In this document: positions 1 through 9,809 of the stretch, in pieces | How the letters are laid out: the number at the start of each line of letters is the position of its first letter | Position numbering within the stretch: the first letter of the stretch is position 1 | Virus record (IMG/VR): IMGVR_UViG_3300031994_000003 | Span: 194,820 to 258,819 of that record | Direction: 5' to 3' (one strand) | Source: a virus | Taxonomy: Duplodnaviria; Heunggongvirae; Uroviricota; Caudoviricetes | Length of the DNA stretch: 64,000 bases | The notes under the pieces: generated by a model | What the model was told of the DNA's origin: nothing | The model's input: the letters and a program-made list of their open reading frames with translations, nothing else | The model's database searches: none | Translations under genes and position numbers: made by a program

Positions 1-47
1 CCCATGAACGATCAATTGAATGATCAGATAATGTTATTTTAGTTCCA

Positions 48-260
48 CTATGATTTCTTGACATTTGTTTCCCTCTTACAAGTCCTAACTAAATAATAAT
101 AATCCCCAAAAATATCTTTTTCTTTAGATGCTTCGATAAAAACTTTATCACCAACTTTTAATTTCTTATCTTTATTTGTTGGAAATAAAAATTCAAAATC
201 TGAAGTATCTAGCATAAAAACATCACCATTGATGTTTTTAATAGATCCAAAAAATTCCAC
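48..260 (-). CDS. hypothetical protein (70 aa)
   Basis: Intact ORF in the six-frame track with no recognisable motifs. Confidence 0.3.
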   Translation of the reverse strand: MEFFGSIKNINGDVFMLDTSDFEFLFPTNKDKKLKVGDKVFIEASKEKDIFGDYYYLVRTCKRETNVKKS

Positions 261-317
261 TTTATCCTCTCCTTTCTTTCAGATCTCTATAAAAATAATA
301 TATAAATAAGGAAGAAA

Positions 318-599
318 TTATTCTTCCTTATTTATTTGTTTAAATTTTATCTTTTTAATTTTATTAGATAAATCTTTTGGAATAATGATACCTTTAGATT
401 TTGCTTCTTTAATTAATTCATTAATACGTTTAAGTGCTCCAGCTCGATTATTATTGACTTGTATTTTTTCTGATTCACTCATATCAGCTTTGACAACATA
501 TTGTTCAGTATAAAGTCTTACTAATACATTTAATGTATCAATTAAAATCTCATTATCAAAAGCATCATTTTTAACTGCATGTGCTATTTTAATCACCAT
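318..599 (-). CDS. hypothetical protein (93 aa)
   Basis: Intact ORF. Its start overlaps the stop of the topoisomerase gene, suggesting an operon arrangement. Confidence 0.35.
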   Translation of the reverse strand: MVIKIAHAVKNDAFDNEILIDTLNVLVRLYTEQYVVKADMSESEKIQVNNNRAGALKRINELIKEAKSKGIIIPKDLSNKIKKIKFKQINKEE

Positions 600-2619
600 C
601 CACTGCTAGAGGATTGATATCTGTTTGTTCTTTTAATTTCTTAAAATCTGCTTCTGAATATGCAGTTTTACAATCAGGATATCTATTGCATGCATAGAAT
701 GCCTTGCCTTTTGATTTCCCCTTTAATGCAACTTTTTTAACTAACTTACCTATTTTACAAACAGGACAAGTTAATGTATCTTCTTCTGACTCTTCTTTAA
801 CAATCTTTTCAATATAACGGCATCTAGGGAAACCACTACATCCATAAAAGTCACCATAAGCTCCATGGCGTATTGCTAATTGCTTTCCACATTTTGGGCA
901 AAGTTTTTCAGATAATACTGCCTTTGGCTTTTGAGAATCTGCCTTTGATGCTTCTGTTAATAGTGGCTTAAATTCAGCCCAGAAATCACTTAATACTTGA
1001 ATATCGGTAAGCTCACCCGTGGCGATTTTATCTAATTTTTCTTCTAATTCTGCAGTATATGTATAGTTTATTACTGCATCAAAATGATCTTCTGTAAATT
1101 CATTAACATGTAATCCCTTATCAATAGCCCTTATGGTTTTACCTTCTACTACAGTATAACCACGTTTTTCATCCGTAACAACACCTGCCATTGATGCATA
1201 TGTTGATGGACGACCAATTTTTAGTTCTTCTAATTTCTTAATTAGTGATGCCTCAGTATATCTTGATGGAGGATTAGTTTTCTTTTTAATTACTTCTAAT
1301 TCTCTATCCTGAATCTTTTCTCCAACTAAGAAACTAGGAACTATATTTTTTTCTTCATCATCTGCAATATATAATAATTGAAATCCGTCGAATTTAATTT
1401 TATGACCAGTTAGAACAAAATTATGATTACCATTTTTAATTTCTATATTAGTATCTACTATTATAGAATCGGCCATAAGAGATGAAACGCATCTATTATA
1501 TATAAGAGCATATACTCTTAATTCTGGTCCATATAATTCTCCGGTTTGCTTAAGAAACTCTGGTGTTTTCGTAACATCGGTACATCTTATTGCTTCATGG
1601 GCGTCCTGTACATTTTCGGCTGTGCCCTTTTTCTTTTTACTTACTTTTACTCCACTATAATATTGTTCGCCGAAATTTCCTATAATATAATCCTTTGCTG
1701 AGCTTATAAATTCATCGCTCATTCTAGTGGAATCTGTTCTTAAATATGTTATATAACCATTTTCAAATAATGATTGTGCATATTGCATTGTAGCTTTTGG
1801 TGAGTAGCCTAACTTACTACTACACTCTTGCTGTAATGAAGAAGTGATAAATGGTGGTTTTGCTGTAACTTTTCTATCTTTTGAAAGTACATTGCTTACG
1901 ACATAGTTTCCTGGAATACATTCTGATACAACCTTTATAGCATCTTTTTCTGTTGGAACAGATGTTAATTTCTTAGCATCAGTTCCTTTATATTGCGCCC
2001 TATATGTTCCACCATCTTTTAATAATGGTAAATATATTTCATAATATTCTTTAGACACAAATGCATTAATCTCTTTTTCTCTATCACATACTATTTTTAA
2101 TGCTACAGATTGTACTCTACCACCAGATTTACCACCAGTTTTTATTAATAAAATTGTGGATATTCTATACCCCATAATTTTATCTAACTTAGCTCTACAT
2201 AATGCTGACAGTGCTTTATTCACATTTAAATCGCCAGCATTCTTTAAACCTTCTAATACAGAAGATTTAGTTATCTCTTTAAATACTGCTCTCTTAACTT
2301 TTTTTGCAGGCAATTTAAGTACTTCTCTTAAATGCCATGCAATAGCTTCTCCTTCATTATCATCATCAGACGCTAGATAAACAACTTCTGCTTCCTTTGC
2401 TGCCTTCTTTAATTCTGAGACAACTTCTTTTTTCTTAGCAGAAATAATCCAATCGGTCTCAAAATTATTATCATAATCGACTCCAATTTTATATTTACCA
2501 GAATCGTTTATTTCTCTAATATGACCGAAGGATGCCATTACTTTGTAGTCTCTACCAACAAATTCTTGTATATGTTTTACTTTATTTGGTGATTCTACAA
2601 TTATAAGATACTTACTCAT
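589..2619 (-). CDS. topA: DNA topoisomerase, type IA (TopA/TopB-like) with C-terminal zinc ribbons
   Basis: The N-terminal Toprim-like start MSKYLIIVESPNKVK resembles E. coli TopA MGKALVIVESPAKAK. The C-terminus has repeated Cys4 zinc-ribbon motifs (CPKCGKQL, CPVCKIGKL, CNRYPDC). Length is 676 aa. Confidence 0.85.
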   Translation of the reverse strand: MSKYLIIVESPNKVKHIQEFVGRDYKVMASFGHIREINDSGKYKIGVDYDNNFETDWIISAKKKEVVSELKKAAKEAEVVYLASDDDNEGEAIAWHLREVLKLPAKKVKRAVFKEITKSSVLEGLKNAGDLNVNKALSALCRAKLDKIMGYRISTILLIKTGGKSGGRVQSVALKIVCDREKEINAFVSKEYYEIYLPLLKDGGTYRAQYKGTDAKKLTSVPTEKDAIKVVSECIPGNYVVSNVLSKDRKVTAKPPFITSSLQQECSSKLGYSPKATMQYAQSLFENGYITYLRTDSTRMSDEFISSAKDYIIGNFGEQYYSGVKVSKKKKGTAENVQDAHEAIRCTDVTKTPEFLKQTGELYGPELRVYALIYNRCVSSLMADSIIVDTNIEIKNGNHNFVLTGHKIKFDGFQLLYIADDEEKNIVPSFLVGEKIQDRELEVIKKKTNPPSRYTEASLIKKLEELKIGRPSTYASMAGVVTDEKRGYTVVEGKTIRAIDKGLHVNEFTEDHFDAVINYTYTAELEEKLDKIATGELTDIQVLSDFWAEFKPLLTEASKADSQKPKAVLSEKLCPKCGKQLAIRHGAYGDFYGCSGFPRCRYIEKIVKEESEEDTLTCPVCKIGKLVKKVALKGKSKGKAFYACNRYPDCKTAYSEADFKKLKEQTDINPLAVDGD

Positions 2620-2810
2620 TATTTAGAAGTATTAGGAACTTTCTTTCCATTTTCTAAATATTTATCAATTGCGTCTTGAGTATAATAACGATGTGAATTA
2701 ATTGTTATAGCTTCGATTAAACCAAGCTTATAATGATTTTTTAGTGTTGCTGTAGTTATGCCTAATAACTTTGCAACTTCTGAACTTTTATATAATTTTT
2801 TAGTTTCCAT
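2619..2810 (-). CDS. small helix-turn-helix DNA-binding protein (MerR/excisionase-like)
   Basis: The 63 aa protein has an HTH-like segment SSEVAKLLGITTATLKNHYKLGLIEAI. Confidence 0.5.
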   Translation of the reverse strand: METKKLYKSSEVAKLLGITTATLKNHYKLGLIEAITINSHRYYTQDAIDKYLENGKKVPNTSK

Positions 2811-2890
2811 TCATTCATCCTCGTTTCTTTCTTATAGTATATTGTTCTATAAAAAAGTATAAATTTTTATAAAAAAATAAATAAATGAAT

Positions 2891-2922
2891 AAAAAAAAGA
2901 CAGAACAAAAGCGTTCTGTCTT
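2891..2922 (-). terminator. rho-independent terminator (bidirectional hairpin) after the Hsp20 gene
   Basis: The stem AGACAGAAC / GTTCTGTCT at 2898-2921 is flanked by an A-run on the plus strand, which is a T-run on the minus transcript. Confidence 0.6.
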
Positions 2923-2950
2923 ATTATACGTTTTTACTTTATCATTATTA

Positions 2951-3409
2951 TTACCACTCAAAAGTGTCTAAATCAACTTTTGAAGCGGTAAGTTTATTTT
3001 GTGGGTCAGATTGTTTTGTTTTAATAATGATATTTAAAACACCATTTTTGCAATCATATGCAATGTTGTCAATCTTCTCTTTAATCATTAAATTACTAGA
3101 AATATTGACACTATATTCGAAATCATTAATCTCATTTTTCTTCTTACCAGAAATATTAATTCTAGGGAATAATCTAACACCAGATTCTGGTTGATCAAGT
3201 GTTACTTCAATAGAATCATTGTCTAATCCAATAGCATTGACTACTAATAGATATCCTTTATTGTCTTTTCTGTAGAGTCTATACTTATCTACTTCTTTGA
3301 ATGGTCTTGTATAGTTACCAAATACCTCTTCTATCATATCGTTAAAAGTTGTTACATAGTTATACATAAAAAATTCTCCTTCTAAAATAAAAATAAAATT
3401 TGTTGCCAT
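2951..3409 (-). CDS. small heat-shock protein, Hsp20/alpha-crystallin family
   Basis: The 152 aa protein follows the alpha-crystallin domain pattern (GYLLVVNAIGLDNDSIEVTL ... NGVLNIIIKTK). Confidence 0.6.
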   Translation of the reverse strand: MATNFIFILEGEFFMYNYVTTFNDMIEEVFGNYTRPFKEVDKYRLYRKDNKGYLLVVNAIGLDNDSIEVTLDQPESGVRLFPRINISGKKKNEINDFEYSVNISSNLMIKEKIDNIAYDCKNGVLNIIIKTKQSDPQNKLTASKVDLDTFEW

Positions 3410-3506
3410 AAAAAAATATGGACTTTAAAAAATAAAAAGTTAAAATAAAAATAAAAACGTATAAGATATATTTCTATATCTAATATATTGTTCTATTAAT
3501 TTTTTT

Positions 3507-3548
3507 AAAAAAAGAAAAAAATTAGCACTCATATAAGATGAGTGCTAA
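3507..3548 (-). terminator. rho-independent terminator after the polB fragment
   Basis: An inverted repeat TTAGCACTCAT-ATAAG-ATGAGTGCTAA lies immediately 3' of the TAA stop, followed by a T-run on the minus transcript. Confidence 0.7.
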
Positions 3549-3552
3549 TTTA

Positions 3553-5595
3553 TTAATTCTTTGATTTTATTAATTCATCTAAATCATTATATATTTCTTC
3601 AGTTGATGGTAACATGAAGAACTTTTCTCCTAATGCTGACCAGTTTTGACTAATAATTTCATCAGTTAATGTTGGTCCTAGGTCATTAGTTTCACCGGCA
3701 TTCTTTTCAGATTCTTCTACATCATCTTCATCTTCATCTTCTAAAGCATCTTCATCTTTATCAGATAATGTAAATAAACCAAAATAATCATATTTTTCTT
3801 TTAGTCTTTTCTTTAACATATCATCACGAATAAAGAATTTTCCTACTTCAGTTAATGAGTCAAGATTATATGCTCTAATAATACTTGGATATAATGATGA
3901 TAAGTCTTGGTCACCAACCCATCTAAATAAATGCATTGATTGGAACCCATCAAATATTGTATCACCAACAGAACTATTAAGCATTGGATCTGAAACTACA
4001 GCACCAAATTTATCTTTCTTTTCAAATAATTCTGCATATTCTGCAGTTGGTTCTAATGCTTTTCTTTCACCTAAGAAATCAATCTTAAAACTATCTGGTG
4101 GTGTAAATTGTTTTCCTGTTGCTGGATCAGTTCTTTTAGAATAATAAACCTGATTTTTATTACAGTTCATTACATAATGTTCCATACGAGCATATTTATT
4201 AACAAAGTTTGTTAATGATATTGATTTAAAGAATACTTTTTCTTTTCTTGTATTAGTGATTTCACTAAGACGTTGAAGAGTATCAATATCTAGATTTACT
4301 TTCTCTAATAATTTTAAAAGTAAAACATCTCGAACGTTATATTCATAGAATTGAGAAAACTTAACCCATGCTAAGTTCTTAATTGTTTGTCCTGGATAGA
4401 ATGGAAGTTTATGTTTATTTAATAATAATTCTGCAATAAAGTCTAATTTATATGAATCCTTTTTACCTTCACTAGCATGAATTACTGCAAAATAATATTC
4501 CATATCAAACCAGTTTATACCATCTAATACATTATAAAAGTCTAATCTTTTTCCAGTCTTTTCCTTTTTATTAGCTTGATACTTAGCATATGCTGGAACA
4601 TCAATATCATCAAAATGTCTATACTTTTCATCACAAATAGCTCTGCATGCTTCCATTTGAGCTAATTTATATGCAGATAATTTATTTTGTTTAGCATATT
4701 CTCTAATTGATTGTTTTTGTTGATAAAGGTATGCTAAACGATTTTGTAATGTCATAGCATCAAAACATTCGTTCCAGGCGCCTAAATAATCAGGATCAAT
4801 TTCATGAAGTTTAGCAAAGAATCTTTCAATACATTCTTCTTCACTATCACAAAAATAGATAAAAGAATTAACTATTTCTTCTGTATCTTCAGCATGAATT
4901 TTATCTAATACTTCATTTCTAAATTGCTCTGCATTTTCTTTAAATTCTTGTAATGATTTATTATTTTTATTATTTACAACCCATGAATGAATTATATTAG
5001 TTTTATCATCAATAAGAGTTATAATATTTACTGGGCATGGTGCAACTTCTTCTTCTGGGAATCCCATATATCCAATTGTGCCATCAATGTTTTTCTTAAA
5101 TCCATTTGGCATTAGATCAACTTCGATATCGAAGTAGCATTTATGGATTTGATATTCTGGATCTGGTTCGTATTCTTCTTGAAAGAATGAAATAATACGA
5201 TCCTGTAAATTCATATCAGCATCATATATTAATGGATGTCTAAATAAATTTTTCATTTCATATGAATTTTCTCCAGAGTGTAATAACGTTTTATCATAAA
5301 ATGATAATGTATTTGTTTTAATTGCAATATCACGATATAATAAATCATTATAAACCGTAACTTTCTGCACCTTATCTTCAGGAATATATAGTGGTGGAGC
5401 ATACGCTTCATCACTATCTCTATCCTTTAATATATAATAAGATACAAGAGGACGGTCATATATCTTAACTTGCTTTTTACCATTCTCATCACGATACCAA
5501 ACAAGAACTACATCATACTCTTGTCCATTCTTAGTTTTTCTTTTTCCTTGATATGTTTTGATAATGGTTCCTATTTTCTTTTCTTTTTCTTCCAA
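3553..5595 (-). CDS. family B DNA polymerase, N-terminal and 3'-5' exonuclease domains plus motif A only (split polB, part 1)
   Basis: Exo I (CYFDIEV), Exo II (YNVLDGINWFD) and Exo III (YKLDFIAELL) are present. Motif A DLSSLYPSIIRAYNL closely resembles RB69/T4 gp43 DLTSLYPSIIRQ. The ORF ends about 95 aa later with an acidic tail and a TAA stop. Motifs B (KxxxNSxYG) and C (YGDTDS) are absent. Confidence 0.8.
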   Translation of the reverse strand: MEEKEKKIGTIIKTYQGKRKTKNGQEYDVVLVWYRDENGKKQVKIYDRPLVSYYILKDRDSDEAYAPPLYIPEDKVQKVTVYNDLLYRDIAIKTNTLSFYDKTLLHSGENSYEMKNLFRHPLIYDADMNLQDRIISFFQEEYEPDPEYQIHKCYFDIEVDLMPNGFKKNIDGTIGYMGFPEEEVAPCPVNIITLIDDKTNIIHSWVVNNKNNKSLQEFKENAEQFRNEVLDKIHAEDTEEIVNSFIYFCDSEEECIERFFAKLHEIDPDYLGAWNECFDAMTLQNRLAYLYQQKQSIREYAKQNKLSAYKLAQMEACRAICDEKYRHFDDIDVPAYAKYQANKKEKTGKRLDFYNVLDGINWFDMEYYFAVIHASEGKKDSYKLDFIAELLLNKHKLPFYPGQTIKNLAWVKFSQFYEYNVRDVLLLKLLEKVNLDIDTLQRLSEITNTRKEKVFFKSISLTNFVNKYARMEHYVMNCNKNQVYYSKRTDPATGKQFTPPDSFKIDFLGERKALEPTAEYAELFEKKDKFGAVVSDPMLNSSVGDTIFDGFQSMHLFRWVGDQDLSSLYPSIIRAYNLDSLTEVGKFFIRDDMLKKRLKEKYDYFGLFTLSDKDEDALEDEDEDDVEESEKNAGETNDLGPTLTDEIISQNWSALGEKFFMLPSTEEIYNDLDELIKSKN

Positions 5596-5651
5596 TTATA
5601 ATCAATCCTTTCAAATTAATAATTAATTGTTTATGGATCTTTTTTTAAAAA

Positions 5652-6647
5652 TTATTTGTCTCCACTTAATAATTGGTTATTATTTACTTTCATTAAATAA
5701 GAATTATTTGCTGCAATAACACGTCCATTAGTTCTTTGATTTACTGAAATCTTAGATAATGCATCTAAAGAGTTTTCCATACATGCATCAATTTCATCTG
5801 CATAATGAATAATTATTGCTTCTAATGTTGCTGGATTTGAAGGTGATCCTTTATCAGCACTTCCATGATGAGAACTAATAAAACTAATTAATTGTAAAAT
5901 AATCGGATCTGTCATATCATATCCTAGACTATTCGCAATTGAAGTTAGTAATGATATACCCATAGGAATATGTCCCATGAAGCATCCTTCATATGTAGTT
6001 CCACCTTCATTTGTATATTCATATATTTTTCCGATATCATGAAGTATTGATCCTGCAATTACCATTTCTATAGAAGTATATTGATAATATTGTCTATATA
6101 ATGACATTGCAATCTTTGTAACACCTAATGTATGTTTTGCTAATCCACCAATATAGTTATGATGTACTTTACTTGCAGCAGGTCTTGTATAAAATTCTGG
6201 AATATTTAAAACAATATTTAAAATATCCTTTAATTTCTTACTTGTTATATATTTAGTAACTATTCCTTCAAGTTCAGCTTTTACTACATTAGTATTAACC
6301 TCATCGCGTTTTGATTTAACATTTGAAATCATCTCAGTTTTAAAACAAGATTGAACCTTTAGTTGAAGTTCATTATTAAATACACTTGGAACACAATTAA
6401 ATGTATATACATTTAATTCGTTTTCTGCCATCTTAATTATTGCAGATAAACCAAAATCCCATGTTGCCGCAGTTACAGATTCACCAGAATCTTCAAGACA
6501 AAGCATGAATTTAATTGGTTGTCTTGATTCTGGATTACCATCAAATAATACTTCAGTAACAGTTGCATTAATTGAAAATACTGTTTTAGTATCATCTCTA
6601 TTAATCTCAGCAAGTGATTTATATTGTATATTATTCAAATTTATCAT
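5652..6647 (-). CDS. HD-domain phosphohydrolase with an N-terminal OB-like region (YhaM-like)
   Basis: HD signature residues are present (LHDIGK ... HHGS ... HYADEIDA). An N-terminal region of about 100 aa precedes the HD domain. Confidence 0.55.
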   Translation of the reverse strand: MINLNNIQYKSLAEINRDDTKTVFSINATVTEVLFDGNPESRQPIKFMLCLEDSGESVTAATWDFGLSAIIKMAENELNVYTFNCVPSVFNNELQLKVQSCFKTEMISNVKSKRDEVNTNVVKAELEGIVTKYITSKKLKDILNIVLNIPEFYTRPAASKVHHNYIGGLAKHTLGVTKIAMSLYRQYYQYTSIEMVIAGSILHDIGKIYEYTNEGGTTYEGCFMGHIPMGISLLTSIANSLGYDMTDPIILQLISFISSHHGSADKGSPSNPATLEAIIIHYADEIDACMENSLDALSKISVNQRTNGRVIAANNSYLMKVNNNQLLSGDK

Positions 6648-6683
6648 CCTTTCTGGAAAAATAATTAGACAAGATTGTCTTGT

Positions 6684-7148
6684 CTAATTATTTTCTTCAT
6701 TTAAAATCTTATCTATCTCTTCATCTAAGCCATCTTCTGATAATAATGTATCGATAGCTTCTTGATGCTTAAGGGCTTTTTCCTTTTCTGCTTTGATAAA
6801 ATCAGATAATTCTTTAGCCATTGATGCTTCTTCTTCATCATCACCAGAAACATCCTTCATAGCATAATCGAGAATTTGTTTTTTTAATTTATATTTACTT
6901 TCAGCTAAACTTTGCATTTGATTTAATAGACCAATTTCGTTTGCAGTATGTTCAGCTAATTGCATTTGAGTACCTTTTGTAGTTACACTATATTGAGATA
7001 AGTCATCAATTTTTTGTTCTGTACTCGCTGCCATTTTTTTTGTTTTTTTCAAACATTCATCATAGATTTCATTTATTTCTTTAAAATAATCAGCGTAATC
7101 TTCTAATGATTCTTTAATTTGTTCTGTTTTCTTCGCCATAAATATCAC
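6684..7148 (-). CDS. hypothetical acidic coiled-coil protein (154 aa)
   Basis: Intact ORF with charged, heptad-like sequence. Confidence 0.35.
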   Translation of the reverse strand: MIFMAKKTEQIKESLEDYADYFKEINEIYDECLKKTKKMAASTEQKIDDLSQYSVTTKGTQMQLAEHTANEIGLLNQMQSLAESKYKLKKQILDYAMKDVSGDDEEEASMAKELSDFIKAEKEKALKHQEAIDTLLSEDGLDEEIDKILNEENN

Positions 7149-7188
7149 CTCTATTTATAATGAATTGTTCGAGGCAATATTTTTATAA

Positions 7189-9807
7189 TTATTCACTAAT
7201 AGTTGATACTAATGTTATTTCCATACTATTTTCTCTTAGTCTATTTAATACATACTCTTCATTAATCTCAGATTTTACACCGGATAGTTCAATGATTTGG
7301 TTAAGATTTAATGATTTAATAAATTTTTCTAAGAATGTATAATATGTATCATTAAAATGTAAATCATAATTTATATCAGTTGCAAAATATGATGTATCTT
7401 TATTTGTAAATCTGTCAAAATCACCATTATATTTTCCTTTAGCAACCATATCATTATACATAGCTGCCCATTCTGATAAACATAAGTTAATGAAGTTATC
7501 ACTTGCAAAGAAATTTAAATATTTTATAGCTATATTATGTTTAATAACATCAAATGATTTAAATATAGATGCTGTTGAAAATAGCATGGAATAATAATTA
7601 AAATCTTTACGGCTCAATGTGATATCTATGTTCTCATTATAATACATATAATAAGTATCATTTCTATACCAACTATTATCGGTTACCGCATATTTTTTAA
7701 ATCCATATTTATTTACTAAATATTCATCTACATTTTCAATAGCAGTTGTTAATGAAATAGCCTTAAAGTCATCAAAATTATTTAAATACATATCTAATAA
7801 ATATAAGAACTTATTTATATTATTAAATGGTGAATACATAGAATGTGTAATTTCTCCATGTATATATTGTTCTAGTCTAGTTTTAAATATCATTTTACTA
7901 CCAACATATTGAATATTTGGAGCAAATACTGATTCATCTGAATATCTGCAGGTAATCTTATTTATTAGATTATTATTGTTATTGACAAAATCATCTTTTA
8001 ATGCATATGCTAATAAAAGTGATGGATCTGCAAATACCGTCATATGTTTATCACATATATTATTATTTTTATTATCCTCATTAAATATATTTAATTCTGA
8101 AATATTAAGATATTTAATATTAAATTCATCCTTTAATGGATAATCTAATTCTTGATTTATTATACCAATGGGTGTTAATGATAATAATTTAATTCTTAAT
8201 AAATATTTATATAACTCACAACAATCACTAATATTAACAAGTATGTTGTCTTGTGATTCTTTAGATACTACCTCATTGAAAAGTGATGATAACTCATTTT
8301 TAGGATGCATATTAAATATATAATTAATAATTATTCTTAAATAATTACCAAATAATTCTTTAAAATTTGAATCATTTTTATAATCTTTTAGTACATTAAA
8401 ATATATATTTTCTATAGTATTAAAATTAAGAATCTTATCTATTTCTTTTTCTCTATTATCTTTAATTTCAGTATTTCTAAAAGTCATATATGATACCATA
8501 TATAATAAATATTTTATTTTATATCTTGGTTCATCTATTTGTTTTAAATTTGTAATCAATATATTAACAAATTTTGTAAAATATTCATATGGATCTAAAT
8601 AATTATTCATCTCACATAATAATACTGAGCAGTTTTCAATCTTTTTTTGTTTTCTCCAATGGTCATCCTGTAAAATTGATGATATGCAGAATGACTCAAT
8701 AGAATATTTTAATCCAGGATATTTTTCCCAGAATTCTTTTTGATGTGAGAAACTATAAAATGAATCATCATAATATTTTGATGGTGTTCCGATTAATACT
8801 GGTAATACAATATCCATTGCTCTAATATCTTTATTCTCTGCCTTTATTCTATTATTATTATATATACCAGCATCTAAGAATGAAGATATTATAAGCATAT
8901 CTTTTGATTCTCTTAGGGATTTTATATATTTATTAACATCTTTTTGCCTAAATGATTGTGCTATAAACTCTTTATTATCTTCTAATGTTATATTCTTATT
9001 TGTTGCAAGAATATTAAAATTAGAGTAGTTTGCAAATATAATACTATTTGATTCTTTAATAGCACTCATGAAATCTTTAGCATTTTTAGAATATTGTAAT
9101 ACAACATCACATATAGCTCTAACTACAACATCCGAACATATTCTTTGATGTACATCTAATGACAAGAATTCTGTTAGTATTTTTTCAGCAGTATCAAGTC
9201 TATTTAATGCTGGTCTGGTATCACATGAATATGAGCCATATGTTATAATATTGTCTGGTTCAGAACTATCTTGTAATAATAAATAATTAAATTTTACATC
9301 ACCAATAGTATGTCTGAGAATATATGAAAGAGCATTGTCATTATATGGAGTATAATCATAACCATATCGACTTCTTCCAGATAACATATTATTTGCTGTT
9401 ATATCATCTAATGCATAATGAATATTATAATATTTATTTTTAAGAAGTATATTTTTTAATATACTATACATTTTTTCACTAATTTTTTTATCTAATTCAT
9501 ATACATATCTACCATATTCTGCTAGTTTTTGATGAATATAGAAAAAATATGTTACCTCTGATTTTTCTTCCTCTTTTAATGATTTAAATAATGCTTCTGT
9601 TTCTCGATTATTAATAAAATAATTATATACTTTATTGTAAATATAAGACTCAAAAATTTCTGAAGTCAATTCTTCGGAACTTAAGCTATCTATAAAATCA
9701 TTAATTATTTTAGATTGTGTTAAAATCCACATATAGTTATATTTTGAACTTGGATATAAGACTTCAGTAATATCATCAAATCTTTTTAATTTTTCTATTA
9801 ATTCCAT
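7189..9807 (-). CDS. hypothetical large protein (872 aa), Asn/Tyr-rich
   Basis: Long intact ORF with no recognisable catalytic motif. It sits in an operon with the SbcC-like and HD genes. Confidence 0.4.
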   Translation of the reverse strand: MELIEKLKRFDDITEVLYPSSKYNYMWILTQSKIINDFIDSLSSEELTSEIFESYIYNKVYNYFINNRETEALFKSLKEEEKSEVTYFFYIHQKLAEYGRYVYELDKKISEKMYSILKNILLKNKYYNIHYALDDITANNMLSGRSRYGYDYTPYNDNALSYILRHTIGDVKFNYLLLQDSSEPDNIITYGSYSCDTRPALNRLDTAEKILTEFLSLDVHQRICSDVVVRAICDVVLQYSKNAKDFMSAIKESNSIIFANYSNFNILATNKNITLEDNKEFIAQSFRQKDVNKYIKSLRESKDMLIISSFLDAGIYNNNRIKAENKDIRAMDIVLPVLIGTPSKYYDDSFYSFSHQKEFWEKYPGLKYSIESFCISSILQDDHWRKQKKIENCSVLLCEMNNYLDPYEYFTKFVNILITNLKQIDEPRYKIKYLLYMVSYMTFRNTEIKDNREKEIDKILNFNTIENIYFNVLKDYKNDSNFKELFGNYLRIIINYIFNMHPKNELSSLFNEVVSKESQDNILVNISDCCELYKYLLRIKLLSLTPIGIINQELDYPLKDEFNIKYLNISELNIFNEDNKNNNICDKHMTVFADPSLLLAYALKDDFVNNNNNLINKITCRYSDESVFAPNIQYVGSKMIFKTRLEQYIHGEITHSMYSPFNNINKFLYLLDMYLNNFDDFKAISLTTAIENVDEYLVNKYGFKKYAVTDNSWYRNDTYYMYYNENIDITLSRKDFNYYSMLFSTASIFKSFDVIKHNIAIKYLNFFASDNFINLCLSEWAAMYNDMVAKGKYNGDFDRFTNKDTSYFATDINYDLHFNDTYYTFLEKFIKSLNLNQIIELSGVKSEINEEYVLNRLRENSMEITLVSTISE

Positions 9808-9809
9808 TA

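Noticed and set aside
3553-5595. Stop-codon reassignment (alternative genetic code) as the reason the polB ORF is short.
   Set aside because: Genes throughout the window are long and contiguous under the standard code. The polB ORF ends at TAA, immediately followed by a strong terminator hairpin and T-run. A genuine split or truncation is therefore more likely than a recoded stop.
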